Shown here: piece after piece, positions 1-9,259 of the stretch
How positions within the stretch are numbered: position 1 is the stretch's first letter
Layout: the number at the start of each line of letters is the position of its first letter
Assembly: GCA_002070415.1 (NCBI GenBank)
Contig: MWDF01000004.1
Coordinates: 19,677-83,676, forward strand
Origin: Firmicutes bacterium ADurb.Bin153
GTDB taxonomy: Bacteria > Bacillota > DTU025 > MWDF01
Direction: 5' to 3'
DNA length: 64,000 nucleotides
The notes under the pieces: model-generated
The model's database searches: none
Seen by the model: only the letters and a program-made list of their open reading frames with translations
What the model was told of the DNA's origin: nothing
Translations under genes and position numbers: made by a program

Positions 1-304
1 CCGCATCGAAGGCGCGCCCGGCACCTTCGACGTCCCTGATCCCGCCGCCGAAGTCCAAAAGCCCGGAAAACCTCGACCTTATCGCCTCAAGGGCCCGCCC
101 GTTCACCGTCTCCCCCTTGAGGGCCCCGTCCAGGTCGACGACGTGAAGCCTTGCCGCCCCCTGGTCCTGCCAGTAAGAGGCCGCATCGCCCGCGTCCTTC
201 CAGTAGACCTTCGCCGAGGAGTAGTCCCCGCCTACGAGCCTTACGGCGCTGCCCGCCATTATATCCACGGCCGGTATTATCTCAAACGGCACCCTGCCTT
301 CCAT
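1..304 (-). CDS. hisA: ProFAR isomerase HisA, N-terminal ~101 codons; the gene continues past the left edge
   Basis: My translation of the minus strand from ATG at 302-304 gives MEGRVPFEIIPAVDIMAGSAVRLVGGDYSSAKVYWKDAGDA... IIPAVDI-x-G-x-VRL is the HisA/HisF N-terminal signature. It starts 1 nt after the hisH stop. It is absent from the ORF track because it is truncated. Confidence 0.8.
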   Translation of the reverse strand, partial: MEGRVPFEIIPAVDIMAGSAVRLVGGDYSSAKVYWKDAGDAASYWQDQGAARLHVVDLDGALKGETVNGRALEAIRSRFSGLLDFGGGIRDVEGAGRAFDA

Positions 305-305
305 A

Positions 306-1019
306 TTATCCCAGCTTGCCTCCTTCGGCCGCCATCTCGGCGAAACGCCTTACGAGTCCGAGGCCTTCCTCGGCGCTCTTCTCCGGGTGGAACTGCACCC
401 CGAGCACGTTTCCTTCGGCCACCGCCGACACTATCGCAGGTCCTGCGCCTTCTCCTCCGGGTCCCAGGAATGTGGTCGCGGCCGTGACCCGGGCGTCCCT
501 TGGCACTACATGGTACGAATGCGTGAAGTAGTACTTGCCCCCGCCCGTACCGCCAAGCGGCCATGTGCTTTTGAATCTAACTTCGTTCCATCCCGTGTGC
601 GGGACCTTGAACCCCGCCTTCCCCCTGATTCTTATATCGCATGCGCCGAAGCGCAGCTCGTCCGCACCGAGAAGGAAGCTTCCGCCCTTCATGAGGCCCA
701 GTCCGCGTGAACCCGGACTCTCCTCGCTCGAATCGAAGAGCAGCTGCATTCCGAGGCATATGCCCAACACCGATGCGCCTGATTCCGCGAACTTCACGAC
801 GGCGTCCTTCATGCCCGATTCTTCCATCCTGAGCGAAGCTTCCCCGAACGCGCCGACGCCCGGGAGTATCAGGGAGCCGACACTTGTAAGGTCCTCGGGT
901 CTTTCTACTAGGACGGGCACGGCGCCGGCTTTCTCCACGGCCCTTGCGACGCTGGTCACGTTGCCGACGCCGTAGAGCACTATCCCTATGCGCTCCTTTA
1001 CGGGCTCGCCGTTTCTCAT
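306..1019 (-). CDS. hisH: Imidazole glycerol phosphate synthase, glutamine amidotransferase subunit HisH
   Basis: ORF 306-1388 trimmed to the ATG at 1017-1019 (MRNGEPVKERIGIVLYGVGN...). The upstream 123 codons overlap hisB and are Arg/Gly junk. Class-I GATase features: GICLGMQLL nucleophile elbow and VQFHPEKS. ATGA overlap with the hisB stop. Confidence 0.93.
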   Translation of the reverse strand: MRNGEPVKERIGIVLYGVGNVTSVARAVEKAGAVPVLVERPEDLTSVGSLILPGVGAFGEASLRMEESGMKDAVVKFAESGASVLGICLGMQLLFDSSEESPGSRGLGLMKGGSFLLGADELRFGACDIRIRGKAGFKVPHTGWNEVRFKSTWPLGGTGGGKYYFTHSYHVVPRDARVTAATTFLGPGGEGAGPAIVSAVAEGNVLGVQFHPEKSAEEGLGLVRRFAEMAAEGGKLG

Positions 1020-1588
1020 CCAATGACCCCCTTGCTGCTGGAAGAACCCTCCCTTTCGGGATCCGGCCTGGTCGCGGCCCTCAGCGCCAGGGCGAGCGCC
1101 TTGAAACAGGCCTCGGCGGCATGGTGAGAGTTGTCCCGCTTCAGCACGTCCATGTGCAAGCTCATGCCCGATTCTCTTGCGAAGGCCCTGACGAACTCCT
1201 CTATGTCCTCTTCCATGCCCGAAGCGTCCACCGCAGCCCCACCCCTTCCGCAGATGTCCAGCGCCACCCTCACCAGCGAGCCGTCCATGGGCACGGTCGC
1301 CCACCCGAACCTTGCGATCGCAAGGCCCGCGCCGCCGCCGATGGCCTTGGCCAACGCCCTTCCCAGGCAGATGCCCACGTCCTCGCACAGGTGGTGGTAT
1401 CCGGTCTCGATGTCGCCGGCCGCCTTTACGAATATCGCGAACCGGCCGTGGAAGGCCAGCTCCTTGAGCATATGGTCGAAGAAGCCGTAACCGGTCGCAC
1501 CTTCCATGAGGCCCGGGCCGTCAAGCCCGAACCCGACTTCTATGTCGGTCTCCTCCGTCTTCCGCGAACAGGTCCCGTACCTTGCCAT
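1016..1588 (-). CDS. hisB: Imidazoleglycerol-phosphate dehydratase HisB
   Basis: 190-aa ORF with RKTEETDIEV, FFDHMLKELAFHG, GYHHLCEDVGI and NSHHAAEACFKA, the IGPD metal-binding HH motifs. Confidence 0.95.
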   Translation of the reverse strand: MARYGTCSRKTEETDIEVGFGLDGPGLMEGATGYGFFDHMLKELAFHGRFAIFVKAAGDIETGYHHLCEDVGICLGRALAKAIGGGAGLAIARFGWATVPMDGSLVRVALDICGRGGAAVDASGMEEDIEEFVRAFARESGMSLHMDVLKRDNSHHAAEACFKALALALRAATRPDPEREGSSSSKGVIG

Positions 1589-1613
1589 CGAGCATCCCTC
1601 CTTAAGGTCCGTC

Positions 1614-4034
1614 TCAGTCGAACTCTGCCCTTACTTCTTCAGCAGTGCCACAAGTGCTTCCCGCGACTTCCCCTTCTGTCCTAAAGCCGCTTCCGCCGGC
1701 TTCTTCCTTCAGGCCCTCCAACACCTCGAGGAGGCGGGCGTTCTCGCCTTCTGCGCCCACCGTCACCCTGAGGATGTCGGGCCGGTCCTTGAAGGTCCTA
1801 GTGAGTATCCCCGCTTCGGCGAGCCTGCCGCCGATCCTCGACGCCAGGCCGCCCTTCGTGTTCACGGTCACGAAGTTGCAGTCGCCCTCGAAAACCTCAA
1901 GGCCGAGTGAGCGCAAGCTTCCGGCGAGCTTCCTTCTCATTTCCGCGTTCTCTCCCACATAGGACCTCAGCCGTCCTTCCTCGCTAAGCGCCGCCACGGC
2001 GATCTCCTCGCATATCGAAGGCACGTTGTAGGGCAGCTTGCCTGCGAGTATGAGCTTCGCCGCCTCGGGGCCGGATATGCTGTAGCCTACCCTGATGCCC
2101 GCAAGGCGCCTCGCCTTGGAGAACGTCCTAAGGACTATGGTCCGCCCCTCGGCCAGGCCGTTCAGGTCCGAGCCGCAGAATTCCGCATAGGCCTGGTCTA
2201 TCACCACGTAGGCCCTTGATTTCGGGACAAGGCGCGAGGCCAAGTCCTGCCAGTTGGCGCCCGTCGGGTTGTTGGGCACGCAGAGGAACACGAGGTTCCT
2301 CCCGTTCGCAAGGGCCTCCTCCAGCTTCCCCTCGTCTAAGGAGCCGTCCTCTAGAAGGCCTATCTCCCTGTAGGGCAGCCCGCACATCCTGGCTATCCGC
2401 CTGTACATGGAAAACGTCGGCCCCGGGGCCACGACCTCGTCCACCAGGCCCCTTAGTCCCAGCATCACGGAAAGGATCAGCTCGTCCGAGCCTACGCCCA
2501 CGACGAACCTGTCCTCGGAGATGCCGTAATAGGCCGAGAGGGCCCTTCTGAGCTCTGTGGAATCCTCGCTCGGATACCTGTTGAATGGCACCTGGGCGAG
2601 GGATGCCAGCATGAGGGCCTTCGTCCCCGGCGGCACGTCCTCATAGCACTCGTTCGCGTCGAGCTTGACCGCAGCGCCCTCCGGCACCTTGCCTGACGCC
2701 CTGCCTGAGGCGCTTTGGGGATCCTCCCCGCCGGAGCCTTCTTCAGCCGCGAGGACCTTTAGCCTTGCGGCGACCGAGGCCGCGTGCCCGTACAGGCCTT
2801 CGACCTTGGCGAGCCTCACCGCCGCGGGGCCCTCTTCGGCAAGGCCCGCCTTCGAGTACTCCACCGTATTTATCCTTTTAATGAAATCAGCTGACGACAA
2901 TGTCCCGAAGCTTTGCGCGGTCCCCATCGTCGGGAGCACATGTGACGGGCCGGCGACGTAGTCCCCCATGGCCTCGGCCGAGCATCGCCCGACGAAAACC
3001 GTACCTGCGCTCCTAACCCTTAAGAGCATGCCGGAGGCGCCTTCGAAGCACAGCTCGAGGTGCTCGGGCGCGAAGCCGTTCGCCAGCACCAGCGCCTCGT
3101 CCATATCCTTTACCAGCACCGCAGCCCCGTAGTAGGATAGTGAATCCGACGCAATGTCCCTCCTGGGAGAGGTGGCGAGCAGGATGCCCAGCTGCTTCCT
3201 CACCTCGAGGCAGAGCCTTTCCGACGTAGTCACGAGCACCGTGCAGGCGAGGCTGTCATGCTCCGCCTGGGCGAGCAGGTCCGCGGCCACGAACGCGGGC
3301 TCAGCCGATTCGTCGGCTATGACCATCAGCTCGGACGGCCCGGCGAGCATGTCGATCCTGACGTCACCCATGACGGCCCTCTTCGCCGCTGTCACCCAAG
3401 CGTTGCCGGGCCCGACTATGATGTCGGCGCGCGGCACGGTCTTCGTCGAATAGGCCATGGCGGCCACCGCCTGGGCGCCGCCGGTCCTGAACACGCGGTC
3501 CGCTCCGCACAAGTACGCGGCGGCCAAGACCGCGTCGGATACCTTTCCGTCCCTGTCGGGAGGGGTGCATACGGTAACAGTCCTTACTCCCGCGGCCTTC
3601 GCGGCAAGGGCGCACATCATCAGCGTGGAAGGGTACGACGCCCTGCCCCCTGGGACGTATATGCCGGCGGTGTCCAGCGGGATAAGCATCTGGCCGAGCC
3701 TCGTGCCGTCCTCCTTGACGTAGGATACGGGAACCGGCCTTGCGGCCAGGTGGAACCTCGTGATGTTTCCGGCGGCGAGTTCCATGGCCTTCCTGTCTTC
3801 CTGTCCTATCCTCTTGAAGGCCAGCTCCTTCTCCTCGGGGTCCACCTCGATGTCCTTTGGCCCTCCCATCGCGGGCCAGTCGAACTTCCTGGTCAGCTCG
3901 ACGAGGGCCTCATCACCCCTCAGCCTTACGTCCGCAATTATCTCCCTTACCATCGCATCGTATCCCGCGGTGGTTATGCCGGGTCTTACGGAACATAGGC
4001 CCTCTGAGCCCACCAGCTTCAGAATGTCTTTCAT
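1614..4034 (-). CDS. hisD-hisC: Fused histidinol dehydrogenase (HisD, aa ~1-427) / histidinol-phosphate aminotransferase (HisC, aa ~456-806)
   Basis: Single 806-aa ORF. HisD part: IYVPGGRASYPST, GPGNAWVTAAKR, AGPSE, QAEHD, GDYVAGPSHVLPT. HisC part: KLDANE, NNPTG, and TFSKARRLAGIRVGY (PLP-Lys). They are joined by a Gly/Ser/Glu/Pro linker (AAEEGSGGEDPQSASGRASGKVPEG, nt ~2670-2755). ATGA overlap with the hisG stop. Confidence 0.9.
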   Translation of the reverse strand: MKDILKLVGSEGLCSVRPGITTAGYDAMVREIIADVRLRGDEALVELTRKFDWPAMGGPKDIEVDPEEKELAFKRIGQEDRKAMELAAGNITRFHLAARPVPVSYVKEDGTRLGQMLIPLDTAGIYVPGGRASYPSTLMMCALAAKAAGVRTVTVCTPPDRDGKVSDAVLAAAYLCGADRVFRTGGAQAVAAMAYSTKTVPRADIIVGPGNAWVTAAKRAVMGDVRIDMLAGPSELMVIADESAEPAFVAADLLAQAEHDSLACTVLVTTSERLCLEVRKQLGILLATSPRRDIASDSLSYYGAAVLVKDMDEALVLANGFAPEHLELCFEGASGMLLRVRSAGTVFVGRCSAEAMGDYVAGPSHVLPTMGTAQSFGTLSSADFIKRINTVEYSKAGLAEEGPAAVRLAKVEGLYGHAASVAARLKVLAAEEGSGGEDPQSASGRASGKVPEGAAVKLDANECYEDVPPGTKALMLASLAQVPFNRYPSEDSTELRRALSAYYGISEDRFVVGVGSDELILSVMLGLRGLVDEVVAPGPTFSMYRRIARMCGLPYREIGLLEDGSLDEGKLEEALANGRNLVFLCVPNNPTGANWQDLASRLVPKSRAYVVIDQAYAEFCGSDLNGLAEGRTIVLRTFSKARRLAGIRVGYSISGPEAAKLILAGKLPYNVPSICEEIAVAALSEEGRLRSYVGENAEMRRKLAGSLRSLGLEVFEGDCNFVTVNTKGGLASRIGGRLAEAGILTRTFKDRPDILRVTVGAEGENARLLEVLEGLKEEAGGSGFRTEGEVAGSTCGTAEEVRAEFD

Positions 4035-4687
4035 CTTTGGCCACCGCCTACCGTCCCGGACCGTCCCATCCGCGCCATCAGGTCCGCGATGGGCTTCGCC
4101 TTGATCCCGTAGCTGGACCTGTTGGCGATGAGCCTTGCGCTGGATTCCGAGATCTGCTCGACTATCCCGAGACCGTTTTCGGCGAGCGTCTTGCCGCTTT
4201 CGACTATGTCGACTATGGCGTCGGCAAGGCCTATGGCCGGCGCGAGCTCAACAGCCCCCTTAAGGACTATTATCTCGGGCCTTATGACCTTCCCGGCGGC
4301 GTACTCCCTTGTTATTGAGGGGAACTTGGTCGCTATTCTAAGCCTTGCGAGCATGCCACCGGCATCGAGGGCGCTTTTAAGGCCGGGGATGTCGTCCTTC
4401 GGGGCCGCGAGCACGAACCTGCACCTGCCGAAGCCAAGGTCCATTAGCTCGTACACCTCCTCGCCCGATTCGCTAAGGCCGTCCTTGCCGACGATGCCGA
4501 CGTCCGCGGCACCTCTTGCTACGTACACCGGCACGTCCGACGGGCGCGCTATAAGGTACTTCATGCCGTCGCCGGTGAATATGAGTTTCCTGCTCGCACT
4601 GTCGTACGGGCAGTCGTAGCCGGCAAGTCCCATCGCCCTCGCCGCCTCTATAAGCATCCGTCCTGCCGGAAGTGCCACCGTGATCAT
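4031..4687 (-). CDS. hisG: ATP phosphoribosyltransferase catalytic subunit HisG (short form)
   Basis: MITVALPAGRML..., about 218 aa with no C-terminal regulatory domain, consistent with the adjacent hisZ. I prefer the start at ATG 4685-4687 (SD GAGGAAGGA upstream); the ORF-track start at 4705 is possible. Confidence 0.9.
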   Translation of the reverse strand: MITVALPAGRMLIEAARAMGLAGYDCPYDSASRKLIFTGDGMKYLIARPSDVPVYVARGAADVGIVGKDGLSESGEEVYELMDLGFGRCRFVLAAPKDDIPGLKSALDAGGMLARLRIATKFPSITREYAAGKVIRPEIIVLKGAVELAPAIGLADAIVDIVESGKTLAENGLGIVEQISESSARLIANRSSYGIKAKPIADLMARMGRSGTVGGGQR

Positions 4688-4709
4688 GCCATTTCCTTCC
4701 TCCATCTTC

Positions 4710-5708
4710 CTATGCGGCCCCTTCCCCGATAAGCCCCAGTAGCACTCCGAGGTCCATCGCGAAGCCCGAGCCGCTCTCCTTGGATCCGATCGCCCGCATC
4801 AGCCCGTCGTACTGCCCGCCGCCCAGCACCGGGGATCCGACTCCCGCGGCGTAGGCTTCGAACACCGTGCCCGAATAGTAGCCTAGCGGCCTTATGAGCC
4901 CGAGCTCGAAAGCGACCGTAAACCTTTTGTCAGAAAGCGCGACCGCCTTATCAAGAAGCGCAGATACCTCAGAGGCCCTTCGCGCCAGCTCGGTGCCGTA
5001 AAATTCCTGCGCCAGCTTGTCCAGGAGCACCGTTGCGGGCTTCGCGGCGTTCGCCGGTATGAGCGAAAGCGCAGCCTTCGCTGCGCGGTTTTCCTCCCCG
5101 AAATCTTTGAGTGCGGAAGACGCCCGCAATATGTCCTTCGCCAGAAGGGCCTCCTTGAAGGACTCGGACTTGCTCTTGTCCATTCCGGCCGCCTTCGCCA
5201 GCCCGTCCAGGAGGGCTATGTCCCCGATCCTGAGCTGCAGGCTCGACTCCACCGTCTTGCAGGCCTCTATCGCGGCAGTCAATGCCATCATGCACGATCT
5301 AGAGGCATCCTCCGAGAAGACCTCGGCCCCCATGTGTATGTCCTGGCGGGCCAGGTACGATGATCCCTTGTTCCTCGCCTTGCGGAACACCTCCCCGGAG
5401 TAGAAGATCGCAAGGGGCCTCGCCAGGGCTGCAAGCTCCCTTGCCGAAAGCCCCGCCGCCTGGAGCGTCATATCCGCCCTAAGCGCCGCTATGCTGCCGT
5501 CGGGGGCGGCGAACTTTATCTTGCTGGCAGCGATCCCAACGTCCGCCCCCCTGCCGGCTAAACCTATGATCATTGGAAGGCGCACTTCCTTGAATCCGAG
5601 GCCTTCCATGACCGCGGCAAGCTTTGATTCCAGCCTCCGAAGAAGCGACGCCTCGGGCGGCAGCAGGCAGGAGATGCCTTCCAGGAACTCTGACAAGATC
5701 CACACCAC
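4710..5708 (-). CDS. hisZ: ATP phosphoribosyltransferase regulatory subunit HisZ (HisRS paralogue)
   Basis: 332-aa ORF resembling the HisRS catalytic core (LLPPEA..., FYSGEVFR, GGGQYDGL, FAMDL) with no anticodon-binding domain. It sits directly upstream of short-form hisG. The start codon is uncertain (GTG 5708 or the TTG 4 codons downstream, ~5694-5696). Confidence 0.85.
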   Translation of the reverse strand: MVWILSEFLEGISCLLPPEASLLRRLESKLAAVMEGLGFKEVRLPMIIGLAGRGADVGIAASKIKFAAPDGSIAALRADMTLQAAGLSARELAALARPLAIFYSGEVFRKARNKGSSYLARQDIHMGAEVFSEDASRSCMMALTAAIEACKTVESSLQLRIGDIALLDGLAKAAGMDKSKSESFKEALLAKDILRASSALKDFGEENRAAKAALSLIPANAAKPATVLLDKLAQEFYGTELARRASEVSALLDKAVALSDKRFTVAFELGLIRPLGYYSGTVFEAYAAGVGSPVLGGGQYDGLMRAIGSKESGSGFAMDLGVLLGLIGEGAA

Positions 5709-5754
5709 TCTTTATCGCTTTATCTAAGTAAAGCGGTGAAGTATAACGGATATA

Positions 5755-5783
5755 AAGATACTCCCCCTTGCCGGGGGAGTCAA
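5755..5783 (-). promoter_or_regulatory. Candidate sigma70-type promoter of the his operon, with an 8-bp hairpin in the spacer
   Basis: The minus strand reads TTGACT-17 nt-TATCTT. The 17-nt spacer is mostly the hairpin ACTCCCCC/GGGGGAGT (5760-5780), which could equally be the yerC-like gene terminator. The site lies 47 nt upstream of hisZ. Confidence 0.3.
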
Positions 5784-5879
5784 CGCCTTTAGTGTATTAA
5801 TACGCGTACATACGTGCCTGCAGCGAAGGCCGCCTCTTGGCGCGGTCGGTGCGGGACCGCTCGCGCGCCGGTCTACTCC

Positions 5880-6185
5880 CTACAGGAGCCCTTTCTCCTC
5901 GAGCCTTCCGATGGCGGTCCTGTAGCCGCCCGCCCCGAAGGACAGGAACCTCTTGACCCTGCTTACGGTGGCTGAGCTTGCGCCGGTCTCCTTGCCCACC
6001 TCGGCGTAGGTGCTGCCCTTGGACAGCATTACGGCTATCTCCAGCCTGTCGCCCAGCTCGCTGACCTCCGGTATGGTGCAGAGGTCCTCGAAGAAAGCAT
6101 AGAGCTCGTCCACGTCCTTGAGCGTGAGTATCGCGTTGAAGAGCCTTTCCGTCTTCTCCCTGGATACGTTCTCCCTGAGGCCCAT
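5880..6185 (-). CDS. YerC/YecD-family TrpR-like DNA-binding protein
   Basis: 101 aa. LFNAILTLKDVDELYAFFEDLCT..E......R......ML..G.TY and ETGASSATVSRVKR match the TrpR-like YerC/YecD pattern. Confidence 0.8.
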   Translation of the reverse strand: MGLRENVSREKTERLFNAILTLKDVDELYAFFEDLCTIPEVSELGDRLEIAVMLSKGSTYAEVGKETGASSATVSRVKRFLSFGAGGYRTAIGRLEEKGLL

Positions 6186-6283
6186 CAGGCCGACCTCCTT
6201 GAGCGGGCGTCATCGCCCGTTATTCGATTAGAGTATACTCCATAGGAGCATGATGCACGACCTGTGCCGGCGGCGGGCCGCGG

Positions 6284-7573
6284 TCAGGCCGCCTTGTCAG
6301 CGTGTTTGTCCCGGCCCGAGGATCCAGCCCCTGCCGACAAGGCCCTTATGTTCAGCGCCGGGACGGCGGCGATCACGGCTATGATGCCGAACGCTGCCGC
6401 GAAAGCCTGCGGCGAACTGCTCGTATCTCCCGACATTGCCTTTATGACGAAGCCGGTCAGCGACTGGCACAGGATTATAAGGGCGAAGCCTGTCATGTTG
6501 ACCAGGCCGAACACAGAGCCGCCCTCTCCTTGGGGTGACAGCTCGTCAAGGACCGCGGAAAGGAGCGTGTGGCTGATGCCCGCCGTCATCCCGACCGCAA
6601 ACGCGAGCGTTATGGTGAGCGCGTACGGGGCCTTGACGTACATCAGGACGCAAAGGGCCACCCAGACGGCGGCGTAGGAGGCCACACCGTACGAGACCGT
6701 CCTCCTCCTTCTTGCCCCCAGCGGCCTGAACAGGGCCGCGATCGTGTTCCCCGCCATCACGCCGATTCCTATCATCGTCGCCCATAGCCTGGCAGCGGAA
6801 AGATCTCCCGGATAGACCGCGTCGCACCACGACACCGCCCAGAGCCCCTGCAGCGCAAGCAGGGGTCCGATTATCGTGCCCCACATGATACAGGCGGCCG
6901 AAAGCTGCCTCGAGCCTCTTATCGCCCTTAAGGCGCCCGCCATCTTCCGCGACAGCATCACCTTTGCCGTACCTTTCCCGGCCCCTGGCGAAGACGGCCT
7001 GTCGTGCCTTCTTAAGGCGACTAGGACCAGCGCCAAAGCGGACGCGACTGCCGCCATGGCGATGAAGGATGCGCCCCTTCCCCACCTGTCCAACGCCATC
7101 CCCAGCGGGGTGACGGCCACCACCGCCCCGAGGTTGCCGACAAAGAAAGCAATCCCCGAGTAGAGGGCGTACTTGCTCCTGTCGAAATGGGCCCCCTGGA
7201 ATACGAGCACTCCGGTCAGCATCGGGGAAAGCCCCAACCCAATTACGAGCCTTCCCAGCGCGAGCGCGAAGGGGCCACTGGCCAGGCCGAAGGCCACGGA
7301 ACCGAGGCTTCCGAGCGCAAGGCCCGCCGCGACCACAACCGCCGGTCCGAACCTGTCGCTCAAAGCGCCGCTTATAGGCTGCATGAGGCCGTAGGAATAG
7401 AAATAGAGGGAGGATATGAAGCCGGCGAGGGCCGCGTCCATGCCCCATTCGGCCGAAAGGGCCGGCAATACCACAGAGGCGGATACCCTGAAGAAGAACG
7501 TTATGAAATATGCCAGGACGAGGCATGCGAACACGAGGTATTCACCTGTGCCGGGTTTCTTTCTTTCCTGCAT
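6284..7573 (-). CDS. MFS transporter
   Basis: 429 aa with about 12 hydrophobic segments. The GALSDRFGP motif between TM2 and TM3 is the MFS signature G-x-L-x-D-R-x-G. Confidence 0.85.
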   Translation of the reverse strand: MQERKKPGTGEYLVFACLVLAYFITFFFRVSASVVLPALSAEWGMDAALAGFISSLYFYSYGLMQPISGALSDRFGPAVVVAAGLALGSLGSVAFGLASGPFALALGRLVIGLGLSPMLTGVLVFQGAHFDRSKYALYSGIAFFVGNLGAVVAVTPLGMALDRWGRGASFIAMAAVASALALVLVALRRHDRPSSPGAGKGTAKVMLSRKMAGALRAIRGSRQLSAACIMWGTIIGPLLALQGLWAVSWCDAVYPGDLSAARLWATMIGIGVMAGNTIAALFRPLGARRRRTVSYGVASYAAVWVALCVLMYVKAPYALTITLAFAVGMTAGISHTLLSAVLDELSPQGEGGSVFGLVNMTGFALIILCQSLTGFVIKAMSGDTSSSPQAFAAAFGIIAVIAAVPALNIRALSAGAGSSGRDKHADKAA

Positions 7574-7912
7574 GGGGGCTCCTTTAGGGCTCGTAGTGGG
7601 ATCTTGTGCATCCCTTGCCCGGTCGGGTCCTCTACTAGGATTATATAGGCCGGGGGGCTACTTTGTCTTGCGGGCGTCCCGGACCGCGGCCGCCGCCTGC
7701 GTAGTCAAAATATTCGCTGCGAATACTATGTATTTACATATTATGTATAGGTATATAATATTATAAATACGAAATGTTCTTCGTAATCCGCCTACCTTTC
7801 ATCATCTGCGACAAAGGCCGCGCAAGTGTCGTCATCGGCGGATTGAAAGGTCCTAAGGGAACCTCGCACTGATTTGAACGTGTCATTCGCACACTATTGA
7901 GGAGGCGATTTC

Positions 7913-8728
7913 ATGAAGAGAATCACGCTGCGCCTGATAATGGTACTCCTTCTTATAACCCTTGTCCTGTCGATCCAGTCAGGGTGCTCGAAGCAGACGG
8001 CGGTCCTGGTATATGACGATTCCTACTCGTTCATGGGATTCTCTCAGGAGGCGCTCGACAGCCTGTCCATAGGCTATACATTGACCACCAATTACAACGA
8101 CTTCCGTACGGCGTTTACGTCCGGTGCCTGGGACATGGTGGTATTCGACAATCCCTACTGGGGGCTCCCGGGCGACATACTGGACCTCCTGCAGGACTAC
8201 GCCGCACGGGGCGGCAAACTGGTGATGTCCACATGGATGCCGGCCGTCAACAACACTCACGGGCTGTGGGCACAACTCGGGTATTCGTTCTCGACGGCCT
8301 TCGCAGACCTTACTGACGTGGACAAGCTCTTCGAGGACGAATGGCTGCTGAACAACCCGTACGCGACGCCCGACCTCGAATTCGGCTCCCTTAGCGACAT
8401 GTATTACGGCGTCGACGGCTTCCCCGGTTCCGTGGTTGGCGACGGCAGGATAATAGCGTCCTTCGACGGGTCCGTAGCCTACAACATGGGGGCCGTCATT
8501 TGGGCCAACTCGGGAAGGACCATACTGAACGCGTTCCTGCTCGCCGACGGCTACGATTATGACGGCGGTGAGCCTATAGACGCCGACGGCGACGGTATGG
8601 CAGACGCGACGGAGTGGTGGGCAGACGAGATATCGTATCTGAGCACCAGGCCCGGCAGCAAGATACAGCCGAGCGCATCGTCCTTGAGCATATCGTCCTT
8701 CGAGGAACTTGGTAACAACGCGAAATGA
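7913..8728 (+). CDS. Lipoprotein of unknown function (paralogue A)
   Basis: Signal peptide plus lipobox (LVLSIQSGC). Alternating beta-alpha-like core (VLVYDD..., WDMVVFDNP, YAARGGKLV). C-terminal DADGDGMAD Ca-loop-like motif. About 45-50% identical to ORF 9260-10066. Confidence 0.7.
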   Translation: MKRITLRLIMVLLLITLVLSIQSGCSKQTAVLVYDDSYSFMGFSQEALDSLSIGYTLTTNYNDFRTAFTSGAWDMVVFDNPYWGLPGDILDLLQDYAARGGKLVMSTWMPAVNNTHGLWAQLGYSFSTAFADLTDVDKLFEDEWLLNNPYATPDLEFGSLSDMYYGVDGFPGSVVGDGRIIASFDGSVAYNMGAVIWANSGRTILNAFLLADGYDYDGGEPIDADGDGMADATEWWADEISYLSTRPGSKIQPSASSLSISSFEELGNNAK

Positions 8729-8738
8729 TAAGAAGATT

Positions 8739-8759
8739 CCGGTCCTGAGCAAGGACCGG
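8739..8759 (+). terminator. Hairpin after lipoprotein A, no U-tract
   Basis: CCGGTCCT-gagca-AGGACCGG, 10 nt after the stop codon. It is followed by CTACCTG, not a T-run. Confidence 0.35.
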
Positions 8760-9259
8760 CTACCTGTCCTCCCGAAGGGGGCCGTTCTCCGCTAATGGGG
8801 ACGGCTCCTTTCCTATTCCTATGCGAATCAACCCGGCGGCAGCCTGTCGCCGGGCCTTCGCGGAGGCCTTCTGGCATCCTGCCGCCCGTATATACGGCCT
8901 TTTATTCACCATACGAATATTTACCTCGTACGAAATAATGCGCCATTGACCCATTTACTGTATATTATCTTTAAGCACAGCTTCTGCAGCATCATCCAGC
9001 TATGTCCCCTTATATCAGCTCCGGTTCGACATAGGGGGCCTTGCGGATTGCGCAGTCCTTCAGGAGTGTGCCCGGTAATCCCTAATTTACGTGGCTTTTC
9101 GCCGATCCGCGGATCATATTGCCGACGGCGGCGAAGAGGGATAGCGTGCGGTCATGAGGACAGGGCCCCTTAAGGCCAGCGGGCCGATCAGGCGGCCCGG
9201 ACCTCTCCAATATCGGACAATCACGGCTTTATCAAGCGCTCATTTAAGGAGGGTTCAAG

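Noticed and set aside
306-1388. N-terminal extensions of track ORFs: hisH to 1388, hydro-lyase beta to 26821, alpha to 27645, CoA-transferase B to 28286, purL to 45095, purF::purM to 42730, PLP enzyme to 34862, PrpD to 25667.
   Set aside because: The extensions overlap the upstream gene in another frame and are Arg/Gly-rich. Internal starts fit the family N-termini and give the usual 1-4-nt overlaps or SD spacing.
5709-5879. T-box or histidine leader-peptide attenuator ahead of hisZ.
   Set aside because: The spacer is only ~170 nt and has no T-box 14-mer (AGGGUGGNACCGCG-like). It has no specifier-loop architecture and no run of His codons in any small ORF.
8729-9259. 530-nt gap between the two lipoprotein paralogues; I checked it for a hidden gene or repeat (ORFs 8760-8954, 8946-9173, 9154-9366).
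   Set aside because: The ORFs are short, lack SDs and have odd compositions, and no internal repeats were seen. It may contain the promoter or 5' UTR of paralogue B, but I cannot support a specific element.
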